From NCBI GenBank assembly GCA_003971905.1, contig RSEE01000026.1, positions 1 to 64,000 on the forward strand: a stretch of 64,000 nt of DNA. Reading direction: 5' to 3'. Of this stretch, positions 24,883 through 38,484 are shown in pieces. The number at the start of each line of letters is the position of its first letter. Position 1 is the first letter of the stretch. Origin of the DNA: Moniliella sp. 'wahieum'. Taxonomy: Eukaryota. The translations under genes and the position numbers were made by a program. The notes under the pieces were generated by a model. It was given only the letters and a program-made list of their open reading frames with translations. It did not search any database and was not told the origin of the DNA.

Positions 24883-26546
24883 CTAGCTTATACCCCTGCC
24901 GCTTGGTCGCCAAACAAGGCGCGCAAGTTCTTTCCCTTCCTGTTGCCGACGACCAGAGGCGATGGCGGCGCGCATACGCGCCTCGGGCGAGTCTGCATCT
25001 GCCGCCGACCCATCCGATGCGGTCTTGGGGAAGGAGGAGAGGGGCAGGGTACAAGTCTAACGACGCTGGACCTTGGCGTCCCAGTACCTCCAAGGATGGC
25101 CGAGATTCGTCGTTTGCAGCTAGCATTGGCGCGAGACCAGCACAGAGAGGCGGAACCACAGCCAGCGTCCCCTCCTTGGAGAGCTGGAGAGCAAGCAAGT
25201 CCCGCCCTTGCGACTCGGTCCCAGGAGAAGGCGCGAGCGCGTGTCCAGCGATACGTACACCATCTCCGCTACCACGGCAGCGTGGAGGATAGATTGGCCA
25301 AGGTCGAGGGTGGTCACTCGTTGCTACCACTGAAGAGGGTGGACAGGGGGAGGATGTGAAGGGCGGTACTGGCCTCGAGACGGAGGAGTACGTGGGTAGC
25401 CTGCTTCGAACCGGGGGCGGCCAGGAGGGCTAGTTGGACAATGCGAGATGGCCCGTACCCTGGATGGAGTTGCGCTCTCGGCAGGGGGCAGCGCTCCGTC
25501 TCGTCCCAGAGGGGGAGGCGGAGCAGACGCCGGGCGGGAGCAGGCAGTACGTCGGTGCGGACGTACTTGGCCAGCAAAGCCGAGTCCAGCTCAATGGTGG
25601 CTAGGAAGGTGGGCCGCAGATGGGGGCGCAGGGGAGGAGGCGGGGTAATTGGGCAGGTAGTCGCTCAGGCGGAGTGTGCTGCCGCCATCGGCAGAGAGCA
25701 GGGCCGACTTGCGCGCGCCCTCGGATGGGTACGGGACAACCAGCAACGCCCCAATGAAGGATGCGCTGCCCAGCACGTAGTGTTCTACGACCCAACCGGA
25801 CCGTTGAGGCCCCCAGCGGGAGATGCGGATATGCTCGTCGCGGTCCGCAGTGATCACGAGCGGGGGGACCGGGCCAGCGTACGTGGTTGATACGGGCAAA
25901 GGGGCAAATACAGCGTCGGTAAGCATTCCCACGTGGCCGATGCGGGGACTAAGAGCATCAGAGGGGTCAAAGAAGCCCATGTCGGCCGCCTCGTTGGGGG
26001 TAGCTTGGTAGTGGGGGAGAGGGGAGCCGGCCTTGGGAACCGGGAAGGAAACGTACATCGCCATGTCGATCGCCCACCAGAAGGTGGGGAAGTCCCCTTT
26101 GATGCCACAGGCTCCAGAGGAAGACGGCCAGCCCGCTTGGGCAGATGGTGTGGAGATGGCTTCTTTGCCATAGGCAAGCAGGGATGCTTGTCGCAGGCGT
26201 GAAGGGAAGGTCAACGGGCAGGTACCAGACGCGCAGCGTCTTGTCGTCTCCGGCTACAGCAAGCGCCGAGGCATCGGGGGAAGGATGCGATTCTAGGAAA
26301 AGCAGCTGTGCAGAATGGGCTGCGTCCACCTGTTTGCCCTGGGGACGCGGACGCAGTAGCAGTGTAGGAGAGCGAGCAAGGCAGACGGCCTACTTGCACC
26401 GCCTCGCCGTCGGCGTTTCGAGGGGGACGGCACCAGAGAGCGCGAGCGAGGCCGCGGTAAGCAGCGCAGGAAACGGTAGCGGATCCGGGTGCGCCAAGGG
26501 AGGCGCTGGCGGCGACGAGATGGACGGGGAGGCGGTCGGAAGCCAT
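24883..26546 (-). CDS. TRM82: tRNA m7G46 methyltransferase WD40 subunit (Trm82/WDR4), frameshifted
   Basis: AVAGDDKTLRVW, VGDRHGDV, IGHVGMLTD, VITADRDEHIRISRW and HYVLGSASFI motifs. 3' end approximate. Confidence 0.85.
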
Positions 26547-26782
26547 GGCGGATGGGCCGGTGAGGCTGCGGGAGAAAGGAGAGGGGGGGGTGGGTGGGGC
26601 ACAGGCAAAACCAAAGGCCGGCGGGGGCGAGATTCCGCGGGCAGAAAATTGGGATTCGCGGTGAGGCAGGGCTGGCTCATGAAAAAAATTATTGCCGCGG
26701 GGGCGCCTTTCCAATTCCTCTGCTATCTCTGCCCTCTGTGCTCCTGTCTGCTTGCCTGCCAGCGCTCTCTCCCGCTCCCACC

Positions 26783-28411
26783 ATGCCTCCCAAGCGCAGG
26801 AGCAGTGCCCCGCACGCCCAACCGACCGCCGCCAAGGCTGTGGAAGAGACGGTGCCTCGGGATCCTTCGCCGGCCCCTTCCCCTGACCGTGTGTCTGGGG
26901 CCGTGGCGAATGGCGTGCCGAAGCCGGCCAAGCCAGACTCCCCAACGGGGGCGCCCTTGCAGCCGGTTAGTCCTCCCTGCCCTCCTCCTCCCCCTCACAA
27001 GCAAAGGTAACTGATGCGTTTGCTTCGCCTAGCCTCCTCTCCCTCTGGCACCTGTTCCGGCCGTGGCCGAGGCCAAGGCACTGCCGTTGCTCTCGGCCAG
27101 CTTCTCCTCTCTGGTGGCTTTGATCCCCCCGCGGCTCTACTTGGTCCAAGACGAGGAGGAGCACCTTTTGGTTGGCGGTGGCCAGGCTTCTTCGCGCTTC
27201 CACAAGAACGTGCGTCCGGGCACGGCAAACAAGAAGGAGGCAGCCAAGGCGGCTCGGATGGCCAAGTTGAACCCGGCGAACCATGTGTCGGTAGAGGAGG
27301 TGGCTCTGGCCCGGGCCCAAGGCAACGACAGTTCGGAAGACGAGTACGAGGACGAGGAAGACAGCGATAACGAGTCTCTCCCCTTTGCTGTGGACGATGA
27401 TGATGAGTCGGACATGGAGGACTTGAGCGGACGCAAGCGCAAGCGTTCCTCGGAAGAAGACGAGTCTGGGGACGAGGACGAGGTCCCGCCACCGAAGGGG
27501 CTGGCAACTTCGATTGGCGACCTGCGTTCTCGTCTGCAAGATCGGATTGTTGCGCTACGGAAAAAGAGGGGTGTGGACGAGACCAAAATCGAGTCGGAAG
27601 AAGTGTTGGCCGAACGGAAGCGGGGGGTGAAATGCGGGATCGCAGGCGGAAGGAGAGAAAGGAGGCGCGGCGTGCTGCCGCTACGGCGGCTGCTTCGTCC
27701 TCAACGTCGGCGCCGAGCTCCAGAAAGAACACAGATTCCCTTTTGCGTACCAACAACTCTGAAGGTGGTGGGAGGAACGGAGCTCCTGCCCTGTTGGTGA
27801 CTGAGCCCAAGTCGGCCGCTTCCCAGGCCAGGGAGGAGGCCGCCAAGAAGGCACGGGAAGCTTATGAGGTTGACACCTCAGCTGCGGATGTGCAATTTGG
27901 GGGAGAAGTGGATGAGCGGGTGGCCAAGTTGGCCGAACGCCACAACCTGCCCCGCGACCCCAAGGCAGCGTTGGCGACGCTCCAGGCGCGGAAGGCCAAG
28001 GCTGAGCGCATGGCCGAGAAGAAGCAAGCCAACACGGGGACAAAGCGGGAGAAAACTACGGCTGCAGACGCAGCGTGGGATAAGGCGACCGCGGCCGCGG
28101 CGGGCGTGCGAGTGAGGGACAATGAGGCAATGCTTCAGCAGGCGGCAGCGAGGAAGGACCGGGCCAAGGCCAAGGGCAAGGCCAGCATGGGCGGAGCGTA
28201 CTAACATGAAGGACGCCCAGGCGGCGCGCCAGGCTAAGCGGGAAGAAACATTGCGCTCCGCCAAAAGTCGAAGAAGAGCCACAAGCCCCACCCGAAGGAC
28301 ACGCGCAAAACTTCTTCGTCCTCACGCCCGGCTCCGGCGGGTAAGGCCAAGACCGCTCGTGGAGGGATGCAGAATAAGGCCCGGGGCAAGGGAAAGGGCG
28401 GACGGAAGTGA
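26783..28411 (+). CDS. RRP14: Rrp14/SURF6 60S ribosome biogenesis protein (frameshifted, probable intron at about 26965-27032)
   Basis: FSSLVALIPPRLY (RRP14 N-domain-like), acidic tract, LRSRLQDRIVALRKKR, DPKAALATLQARK, AWDKA...GVRVRDNEAML...WAER...RQAKREE (SURF6-like). Confidence 0.85.
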
Positions 28412-29092
28412 TTCCCCACTTGTCCAGTTAGCACTGATCTCGCCCAATCCATTAACGCTCGTTACACTCACCTTTCACGTTGGGTACTAAGTATATTTCC
28501 CCTGGCTCAGGTGGATGTCAAGTGGGCATCGTATAGGCTGGCATGACCTGTACCTGGTCAGGTGTCGAAGACGTTCATATTTTGGTAGACATGGTGCTCG
28601 GACAACGGATGAGCATTCCACTTGCAATGCGTACTAGTAAGCTACTCATCTCAGAAACACTGCCGCTGGCCTCTCGTTGTGCTATAGTAGTTGACCACGA
28701 TCCTCCTACTAAGTAGTAGGCTGATACTCCTTTCTTTTCTCTGATACCTTGTGATACGCTGACACCCAATCCCTCCGAACATCGAGCGTTGAAAGTCATC
28801 CGTGAGTGGCAACCACATGCAGGCTCCTTAAGTCACTCTCATCGACATTATCAAATCGCTTCTGATATGATGCCCTACTTTCATGTCCCCACCTGCCCCT
28901 TCTGCATTGCATAATATCACTGTTATCGTCATACATAAACCCTTTCGAATCGCAGGACAATCAAGCGTAATCCGGACCAAAATGTTCCTCAAGCCCAGGT
29001 GTCTCTTGCGGTTCACACTCGGGGAACTCTTGGTGGTTTGCGAAGGTAAGGCACACAGTGTCGTTTCCAGCCACCGCATTTCCGGTTCCGTA

Positions 29093-30973
29093 TTAGATGC
29101 GGAACTCCTCTGCCCGGGCCATACCAAGCATCACAGCGTTCTGTCCGCCCGTCGATGCTGTGAGGCTGACCTGCGTACGCAGCGCAGCCGACCGCAGCAC
29201 TTGTGGTGTCTCCACCGTCTCCTCTTCGCCCTGTCCCAGCTCCGACCGTTGTCCCAGCCCCCAGGTATAGGCATTGCCATCCCGCGCGACTGCAATGGAA
29301 AAGCGCGGTCCCGCAGACACTTGCACAATATGCGAGTTGCCAGGGAATGGGATGTGGACTGGTTCGGTGAGGTACTCGTCTGGGGGTGGGCCACGGATCG
29401 GGGGCACATCTTCAGGGGAAAGCAAAGTGGCAAATGTGCCTTCGGTAGCAAGAGCTTTCTTGGCCGCCATACGTGCCTCGTAGGCCCGCAACTCTTCCTG
29501 CAGTTGTCGCTCTCGTTCTGCTTCCCAGGCATGCCGCGCCTCCACGATGGTCAGCTTGGCCGGGTGCTCATCCCCCAGCCCCAGTTCGTTGCCGTCGCAC
29601 CGCCCAGTGCCCCATACTTGGCCATTGTCCAGCAAAAACAGACTAAAATGAGAGCCAGCGTCAATCTGGACGACCTTGGCACCGTTGTGCTTGGAAGGCA
29701 ACAGACCCTGTACCACCTGCGGTTCTACCACTTGGTCCTCGGCTGTCTCGAGCCCGAGCTGGCCAAATGTGTTGAGCCCCCAAGCATAGACAATGCCCAG
29801 ATTGTCGACTGCAAACGAATGGTATGCGCCACAGCCGACGGCGACAATGTTCTTAAGTGCGAGACGGGAGGGAGAGAGGGCGTTAAGTTTGCGCCGTTCG
29901 ATCACCTTGCGGCCCAATTGACATTGCTGCCCGTTGCCCCATGCCCACACTTGACCCTGCACCGACAAGGCCAGTACATGGTCTTCCCACAGGCCACGGA
30001 ACTGAACCGCACCTTATCCAGTCCATGTAGCGCACGGGGAGTAAACTGCAGCCGAGCCGCTTGGGGCGACGGGTCAAAACCAAGAAGTCCTTCGTTGCTC
30101 TACCATCCACGTCAGTCATGTCAGCCATTAATGCCTCCCCCCAAAGGAGGCGAGACATACACGGAACGATCCCCACACTCGTAGTTGACCTTGATCATCG
30201 AGGGCCAGTGAACACGAACTTGATGCGGCCACACGGGTGGCACGGAACGTCTCTACTGGCCCGAGGGAACCTGCCCGAGGCCCGTTCCCGCCGATCACAC
30301 CATGGCCCGTGGGGGACAGGCCCTCAACGAGAGCAGGCGTTGTTTCAAGCTCCTCTGCTTGCTGGTCTGGGTTGCGGGTTGTGCTCCGTCCCAGGGCGGC
30401 ATTGTCGTTGACGCCCCAGGACCAAATCTGTGGGGTTGTCACATCAGTACATGCTACCGTAGGAAGAAAAACGCGCCTACCCGTCCAGTCGAATCCAGGG
30501 CCAACGAATGCATCCCGCCCGCCACCACTTGCACTAGGCCACCGGGGCCAAAGAGACCCTCTTTGGTTCCCTGCTCAGCCCACGCATGCAATCTCGGGCG
30601 CTGAATTTCTTCAAGCGCATCCATCCCCAGGCCATGCTGGCCCATATCCCCGTTGCCCCAGACCAGGAGGGAGCGGACGTGGGCATCGGGCGCGGCATGG
30701 AGATGAGAAGGCGGTGCAAAAGGGGCCGGGAGCGGGTTGAGGGCGACGACTTCCCGCTTGATGCGCGGTCGCTTGGGGATCGCAGCCGAAGGCGTGGAGC
30801 TGCGTCCTCGCTTGGCCCGGCTGGCTCGCACGGGGTGCTGGCGCGGGGGCGGGATGCAGGCGGGGGGGCGCTGCTGTGGCGGACGCCTCTCTTGGGCGTC
30901 TGCATCGCCGCGTCGTCGTCTGGGTCGGAGGGGGGGCCCTCGATGTGGCGCGGCTGCTAGTGCGGGGCGCCAT
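29093..30973 (-). CDS. RCC1: RCC1 / Ran GEF (Srm1/Pim1-like), with introns and frameshifts
   Basis: LVWGNGDMGQHGLG, VVAGGMHSLALD, WSWGVNDNAALGR, LRVWGSFR, WGNGQQCQLGRKVIERR, GCGAYHSFAV, WGLNTFGQLG and further RCC1 repeats. Confidence 0.92.
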
Positions 30974-31974
30974 GGGGGCGGGCGTGTGGCGAGCGAGGAG
31001 GGCGCGGTGGGCTGCGCTGGGATGGGCTGGGATGCGTCCAACACGCCCCCGACGCTCTTGTGCGGCTCTGTTTGTGCTGCCGCTGAAAATGAAAAAAGTG
31101 CTCTGGTGCAACTTTCAACTGTCGCGCCGTTCGCGTCACGCGTCACGTGCCTCCCCATTGGCCATATATTGCCGACTCCCTCCCCGGCCTCATCTTGGCG
31201 GCAAGTGGCACCTCGCTGGGGTTTTTTGCTCCCAGCTGGGCCAGTTCGAGCCCAGGCTCTCGGGCGCCGGCACCGGACGATGCTTTCCGTGTTGGCCAAC
31301 GTTGGGACTCCAGCACCTGCAGCGTTGGCGGCGCCTGATGGAACACGCGTGCATCCTGCAGTGCGGTAGCAGGCTGTCGAAGTCTGCCCATGCCTAGCTG
31401 CCGAGCGGTACTAACGTTGGGCAACGAGCTTTGTTGGAAGGAACCCGAACGGCCAGTTCAATTCCGCCCAGCTGGGTTCGACAAGGGTGCCCCTGCCACT
31501 CACTGGCTTTATCGAATCCCACCATAAACACCACTGTGTCCCGATCCAAGAAGCGGCTTGGGCGGGCCAACAAGCCGATTTACGCGGCCTGGGAGGGCTA
31601 AGTATAGCTTGAAGCCTGAAGCTTGGCATGAAGTGTCCTGACGCTCATACGACGCTTGGATCAGACCTGGGTGCCCTAGCTCGTCCGAGCATCGATCCCA
31701 TCCGCCATGCGATCGAGTGGGAAAACGATGGTCGAAAGATCGGCTATGTGTTGCGCAGGTGGCGTGTCAAACGGCTGGGGAGCCACGGGCATCGATCATA
31801 AATAACCCCATGAAATTTCCATTTGCGCCTGGCCCGAGCGACCACCACCATCAGCACCACCATCAGCACCACCATCACTGCGCTCTCCTCTCCGCCCCCC
31901 ACCCCAGCACGCCCTCCCACCCGCTGGTTTCTTTGCCCAGGTCGGCGCACTCCTTGCTCACTGCCCCACAGGGA

Positions 31975-34281
31975 ATGACACACGAGGAAGAGTCCATCCC
32001 GCTTGCAGATATGAGCACCCCCCGCCCCGCCTCGACCGCCGAGAGCGACACACTGGCCGCCACCAGTGACTTTCCCCCCACCCTCACCTCCACCACAACC
32101 GGCATGGGTTCATCCTATGCACGCACCGACACTGCCTATACTCAGAGCTTGGACGGACTGGACGCACACTCCAAGCTCAGTCCCAAGTCGGACGACGAGG
32201 GCCGTTCGGACCTGGACCCCTTGGACGCGCATGCCCATTATCCCAGGAGAGACGCGCATGGCGACCAAAACGATGGCGATGGCAATGGCAATGGCGATGG
32301 CGATGGCAATGGCGATGGCGATGGAGATTCGTTCCTTGGCGACGAAATGGGAGAGGATACCCTGATTCCAGAAGGGGGTACGCGTATTACCTCGTACCTG
32401 ATTCGGGTTGTGCTCATCGCCTGCTTGAGCGGACTTCAATTTGGGATGGATGTAAGTGCGCTCCCCCCAGGCCCGGACTTGGACCCCATACTGACGTCGC
32501 GGGTTGCTTGGTACAAGACTGGTGCTGCTTCAGGTATGCTGGTTGCCATCCATGGTGATCTGGGCCATCCTTTGTCTGCAGGGGAGCAAGAACTGGTGGT
32601 CTCTGCCACGACAGCGGGGGCGATCGTGGGCTCGCTCTGTGCTGGCCGTGTGGCCGATTGGGCAGGGCGCAAAAAAGTGATGGTGACAGCAGCGATCTTG
32701 TTCCTGTTGGGCGGACTGGAACAAGCGGCGAGCCAAGTGGTGCAAGAACTCGTGGTCGGGCGGGCAATTCAAGGGGTGGCCGTTGGGATGGCCAGTATGG
32801 CCACGCCCCTGTTCTTGGCTGAAGTGGCACCAAGCGACATCCGCGGTCGCTTGGTAGGGATCAACTCGTTGCTCATCACGGGGGGGCAGGTGGTCTCCTA
32901 CATCATCTCGGCAGTGTTCTACCACACTTCCCATGGATGGAGGTGGATGGCCTTATCGGGATGTGTACCAGCTGTTGTTCAGCTGGTCAGTTTGATCGCT
33001 TTGGACGAGTCCCCGCGCTGGTTGATTCATCAGGGTCGGGTTTCGCAGGCCCGCCACGTCTTGAGCCGCATCTATCCTGCTGCTCCCTTTCTGGTGATCG
33101 AAGAGGATTACGCGGATTACCAATACTTTTGGGCAGACAGCGTATGAAGCACGCGCCTCCGCGCGTGCCGCCGAGGCCGAGCATCGGGAAACCCGATCGC
33201 AGGAAGTTATGCTCACTCGGCTCCAGTGGTGGCGGTCCAACATGGCCGCGTCGATCAAGGAATCGGTCCAGCCCGGAATCGCACAGCTCAAGATGCTCTT
33301 TGGCGTGCCGGCCAATCGCCGTGCGCTCGAGCTGGCCGCCGGGCTGCTCTTTTTCCAACAGATGATTGGTTTCAACAGTCTCATGTACTTTTCCTCCAAA
33401 CTCCTCTTTATGGCCGGGTTTGAAAACCCCAACGCTATGGCAATCGGGATTGCGGTAGCTAATCTGGTAGGAACAATGGGAGCGATTCGCTTGGTGGATA
33501 CCATCGGTCGCCGTCGCCTGTTACTTCGCACCATTGCTCTCGCCGCCCTTTCCCTCGCTTTCCTCGCGATTGCCCTGCACAACGTTAATATGAAGGACGT
33601 GACGGAACAGGCCTCCTCCTCCCTTTCGGGCTCGGGGACTGCCCCACCTCGCTCTGGTGGACATGCGGGCTGGGCTTATGCCAGCTTGGCTGCCGTACGT
33701 TGAGCGCATTGTTCACACTTGTCGGGGATGCTGATACTGACCCTCTCCTCCTAATTCTACTTTTTGCTCTCTCCAGATGATCCTCTTTACTTTGTTTTAC
33801 GCTCTAGGACTCGGGATTATCCCCTGGCTCGTCTCGTCTGAAGTGTTTGCCTCGCCTGTGCGTGCCGTCGGAGGCGGCGTGGCTTCGGCGGTGAACTGGA
33901 TTGCCAACCTGATTGTGTCGGCTACCTTTCTCGACTTGGTCGTACGTACCCATTGCTTCCCTGCTGCCCTACCACTGGATGGAGGAAAGTGACTGACATT
34001 GCTGTTGTGCACAAACCGTCTCGCAGCGCGCGGTCACGGCGTCGGGGTCGTTTGGCATCTATACTGGCATGGCCGTCTTGGCCTGGGTATTTACCTACTT
34101 GCGCCTGCCCGAGCTAAGTGGAGTGTCGATCAACGATGTCCAGCGTGCCTTTGGCGCTACGGAGGGGCTGGCGGGGGCGCAGGCGTACCAAGCGTTGCCG
34201 CAGCTGGCGTCGGTGGTGGACCTGGACGAAGAGCGCGATGGTGGCGAGGAGAGGCGGGTAGCTGCCGTGCAAGAACAATGA
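31975..34281 (+). CDS. MFS sugar porter, myo-inositol transporter-like
   Basis: LSGLQFGMD|TG, QELVVSATTAGA, DWAGRK, EVAPSDIRGRL, ESPRWL, FQQMIGFNSLMYFS, DTIGRRRLL, GIIPWLVSSEVF, LPELSG. Introns at about 32452-32517, 33694-33777 and 33942-34026. Confidence 0.9.
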
Positions 34282-34724
34282 TGATGATGGTGATGATGAT
34301 GGTGATGATGATGATGATCCTGGTCGGTGAGGTTGATCGAGGAGCAGGGCAGGGGAAGAGAGGGGTTGCGTGGGACGGACGAGTGGGGTAGGCGAGTAGT
34401 TGGGCATGTCGAGTATCTACAGGGGGCGTACCGAGTGTGGGATCAGATGGATGCATGATGCCTCCCATCGATGATCGGCGCAGCTGGTCGGAGTCAGGTA
34501 CACTTGCTAGCTGCGCATTGATCGGTTGTTGATTGATCGCCCCCTGTTGGCCGCCTCGCCCGTCGCCTCGCCCATCGCCTCGCTCACCACCCCCACCATC
34601 GCCACCACCATCGCCGTCCCCGCGCCCAGCGTGCAGCGTCCGTGTTGGCGTCCCCGCCGCTGTGCTCCATCAGCAGCGCCTTCTCAGGCAGGCCGCCTCC
34701 CCCGCCACCCATCCCGCTCACGCC

Positions 34725-37211
34725 ATGCCTTCCGCCGCCTCCTTCTCCCCTAGCAGCAATCACCGCCACTCCAGCCTGTCCCACGGCATTCTCCCTGCCC
34801 CCGCCCCGCTCTCGGGCACCCTTCCATCCATGTCGGCCGCCCACAGCTTTGCGCCCTCCTTCTCCAGTCTAGCCGTCGCCGCCGCCGGCGACTCCCTCCG
34901 CCCCCCGTCTTGGACCAGAGCGCTCTTTCGCCCGCCGAGTATGCTGCCTACATCCCCGCCCTGCTTGCTCTGCGCCGCCTTCCGAGGCCGGCATTGACGG
35001 CTTGTACGACGAGCAAAGCGCGCTCCAATATCTGCGCGAAAAGTGCAAACTCGAGCTCAAGGACGAGGCCATGATCTTGGCCCTGTTCGAACGCACCCCG
35101 CTCGGCATCCAGCCCGGCCACTTTTTTGCCTGGCTCCGGCTCGTCTCGTGGGTCCAGCAGGGCAAGCTGCCCAGCAAAAAACTCCTCTTCACCCAAAGTA
35201 CGTTGGATATTGGCTTACTTTCCTCCCCCCCCGTTCCTTCCTGAGCCGTCTCTGACTCCTTCCCCCCCACCCTCTCCCGCATGGCGCCTACAGCCCAGCC
35301 AGCCCAGACGTTTGTTGGTGCCCCCTCCGAGTATGAGGCAGGGCGGCACCCGGGCAAGACAGTCGCTTCGGCTTTGCGATCCCCCTTGGCCGCTCCCTCC
35401 GATTCTCCGCGTGCCTCCCGGCTGGGATACGGACCGGCACCACAACGACGGGGAAGGCGCGCCAAACGGCCTCGTCCTCGGCGGCCGCCATCCCGCCGTC
35501 GTCGTTGGCGAGTGTAGCCAGTGCCGAGCCCGAGCAAGTGCCGAGCAAAGACGTGGCCCGGCCCCATCCGCGTGTGGCCACCCAACCCTCATACCCACCC
35601 ACCGCGCTTGCGTCGTCCACGGGCCAACAGCGAACCCATGCGGTGTCCCAGCCGGTAACCAATAGCAAAAATCCCTTCCGCCCCTCGCTATCTCAGATCC
35701 CGTCCGAGACCGAGGGCGTCGACTCGGTTCCCGCCTCGGTCCCCTCTCTTCCAGTCCCGGCGCCTGCCTCGCTGCATCACCACCACCAGAACCACCACAC
35801 CACCACCATACCCCCCGGCCCTTGCAGCAGCCCCTCCCCTCTCACCACCATTCGCATCGTCTGGCCCCCAGTGACCCGGTTCCTGCCCCGGCCCCCGCAC
35901 ATCCCCTCTCCGGATCGCGGGCCCTCCTGCCCCTTCAACCGTGTCGTCGACGCGTACCCTGCCTCTCGATGCGTTGATTGGCTTCAATCCTAACCCAAAC
36001 CCATTCAAGCAGCCCAAACCACGGCTGGTACGTCCCACGCCCGTTGTGGCCGCCTCGCGACGCCCCGTGTCGCAAACGTTTGGCACGGGTGCCGAGGTGC
36101 GGGATGGAGAGCGGGACCTGAATGCGCCCACGCCTGCACCCCGTTGGTCTCTGGACGAAAGCAATGGGTATGTGGGGTACAAGCAAAACGACCGTTTGGG
36201 CGTGACGATGCCGTCGCGTGCGCCCATCAGTCCCTTGATCCAGGCGGGCCTGGACGCTGCGTCGGAAGTGCAAAGGGCCAAACAAGCCTTGCCTCCCAAA
36301 ACGTATACGACCATCCAACGAAGTACCCTTCATCCCTCCCCGTTCAAGCCCAAGGCGGCCAAGTCGGCGACGACCAAAAAGACAGCGGCAGCGCTTCCGC
36401 CTCGTTCCACCGCCACTGGCACCTCGGCGACCGAGGCGGGACCCAAATTGGTCGCCCCGCAACCGCGTCGGGCGGCTGCTGGGACCGATCTGAGCCAGCA
36501 CCGGAAAAAACCATCGTCCCGCTCGGAAGCGTTGGACGAGGATGAGATCCGCTCGATGCGCAGCGTCAAAAGTGGCAAGAGCAAGCACAGTACGATGACG
36601 CGCCCGCCCCCGCTGCCGCTTCCAGACCCAAGGGTGGCGCCTGGGATGGGCGATCTGTTGGGCTCCCACCTGGCCAGTCTTGGCGCTGGCGGACGTCCCA
36701 AGTCGCGTGGCGCAGGCATGCCCAAGCTGCACATCCCTGACGAACTGCCTTCGGACGCGGCCATGGCCAACAGTACGGCCGGGTCGGTGACCAACTGGCT
36801 GCGCGAGCAAGATACCTTAGTCCGTGCGCGCAACCAAGCGCCGAGTCGCATGGCCAAGTCGCCCGTGCCACTTTCGTCCGCCTCGACCCACAGTACCTCT
36901 GCCAGGGGGAGGGGGAAGGGAGGGCGAGTCGAGTTTACTGGTAGATGGGGCAGATGGGATCAGTCGGCCAAGGAACCCATTTGACAGGCGACAGAGCCCC
37001 GTCCATCCTCGGCTTCGCCTGGGCCTGCACCGCCCGTACGGCCCGCACTGGTGCTAAGCCACTCGCCTTCCGCCACCCCCACCCCTCTTCCCAGGGACTG
37101 AGGATGAGTCTTCGGGCCATGGGGACGGTCCCTGCGACCACGCATGATCGTCCCTTGCCAGCGACGGTCCCAAGCCGCCCCACTGAACTGACTTTCGCCC
37201 CCATTCAATGA
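34725..37211 (+). CDS. Uncharacterised Pro/Ser-rich protein with an N-terminal EH-like helical domain
   Basis: LQYLREKCKLELKDEAMILALF...GHFFAWLRLVSWVQQG resembles the EH-type 'F..ALRL+...Q.G' pattern. NPF motifs and long low-complexity ORFs follow across frameshifts. Confidence 0.5.
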
Positions 37212-37254
37212 CACACCTCACTCGCCATACGACCCGCATACTCTTTATCGCTCT

Positions 37255-37700
37255 TTAGCTTTGACCTTTTGTGTCCCCACAGGACACGGGACCGCCGCCT
37301 TCCCATCTCCTTGTTTCTAACCCTCTTCCTATCCATCTCACCAGAAATCCCTGTCCTTCCCATTGCTTGCTTCCTCCTTCAGTTTCTACTAGGCTATGAA
37401 CTGGCACTACTGCGGCACCTGTCGGCCTCGGAGGCGTAGAGGGGTCAGGGGGGTACCCTACTCTGTTGGGCAACATCCCTGCCTGTCCGAGCGGTAAGAG
37501 TATGGCAGCGCTGAAATCTTGTGCGCTCATGTCCACTCCCTCGTTTTCAACCGATACCTCTTGTCTTTCCCATTGTCTTTCTCTTGATGTTAAAGTATGG
37601 CTTGATGTTAAAGTAGGGTGCCGTGGTACGCTCGTTCGAACTTAGGATAGGTGGTAGGTCAAACCCCAACGGGAGACCAATGAATTGGCACCCCAGCTCG
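37255..37700 (-). mobile_element. Possible degenerate chromovirus (Ty3/gypsy) integrase C-terminus / chromodomain relic
   Basis: FDLPPIL...PYFNI, a Pro-rich linker, then VHSLVE...FLVRWIGRGLETRRWE, resembling the chromodomain pattern YLVKWxG...xxWE. Matched by eye only. Confidence 0.35.
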
Positions 37701-37739
37701 CCGTGTTTGGACCGTCCAACATCCAATCCTGTCCAGCAT

Positions 37740-38484
37740 TCACTTAAACTGGACCTTGCTCCAATCAATGTTGTCGGGCAAGCCCGAGGCCGAGGGGGCG
37801 GCGTGGCCGTCGCCAGCCTGGGCCAGTTGGGCCAGGACTTCCGGTGGCAAGGAGGCTGTGGACGGGTCGGGTTCGGACTGCTTGCCCATCGCCTTCATGC
37901 GTTTTCCCACATCATCTTCTCCACCACCGCACGTTCTTCGCCCTGCAAGTCGCTCAGACTCGATGCCTCGGGCACAATCTTGCGCACATCAATCTCCGGT
38001 CCTTGGTCAACACGTGCGACCACCAGCCGACTTGTCCACCTTCTCCAACACAATCGCAACCACCTTGGAATCCTCTGTCCGCCCGCCGCCCATCCCAGTC
38101 AGCATATACACACACATACACACACATCACTCCCCAGGCCTCACTTCACTTCCCCGCTACATGCACGTACGTACCCAACGTCCAAAACTTTCCTCCTCCT
38201 TGATCGGGCCAGGAAGGTCGCCCTGCACCAGCGCCGGCTCGCCCTTGAACCCGACGGAAAGGTGGGTGCGCTTGATCACGACGGCGAGCTGCTTGGCGCG
38301 TGTGCCCTCGGGCACGGGAACATTGACCGACACTTGGTCCAGCGTTTGGGTCCACGAGTAGGGCAGCGCCGCTTGCTCCGCTGCCTCGCGCGCAGCTTGG
38401 GCCGCGTCGTACGCCTCGCGCTCCTCGGGGAGAGCTGTCGATGGCGTCCTGGGACAGGGGGGCGGAGGAGGGCGCAGAGCTCAT
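37740..38484 (-). CDS. nudC: Nuclear movement protein NudC (CS/p23 domain)
   Basis: [77 protein letters not shown]. Intron 38174..38075. Confidence 0.9.

Noticed and set aside
34278..34318. (GAT/GGT)n tract, plus similar His-codon-like tracts at about 31845 and 53945
   Set aside because: Simple trinucleotide microsatellites in UTR or intergenic DNA; the poly-Met and poly-His ORFs are spurious.
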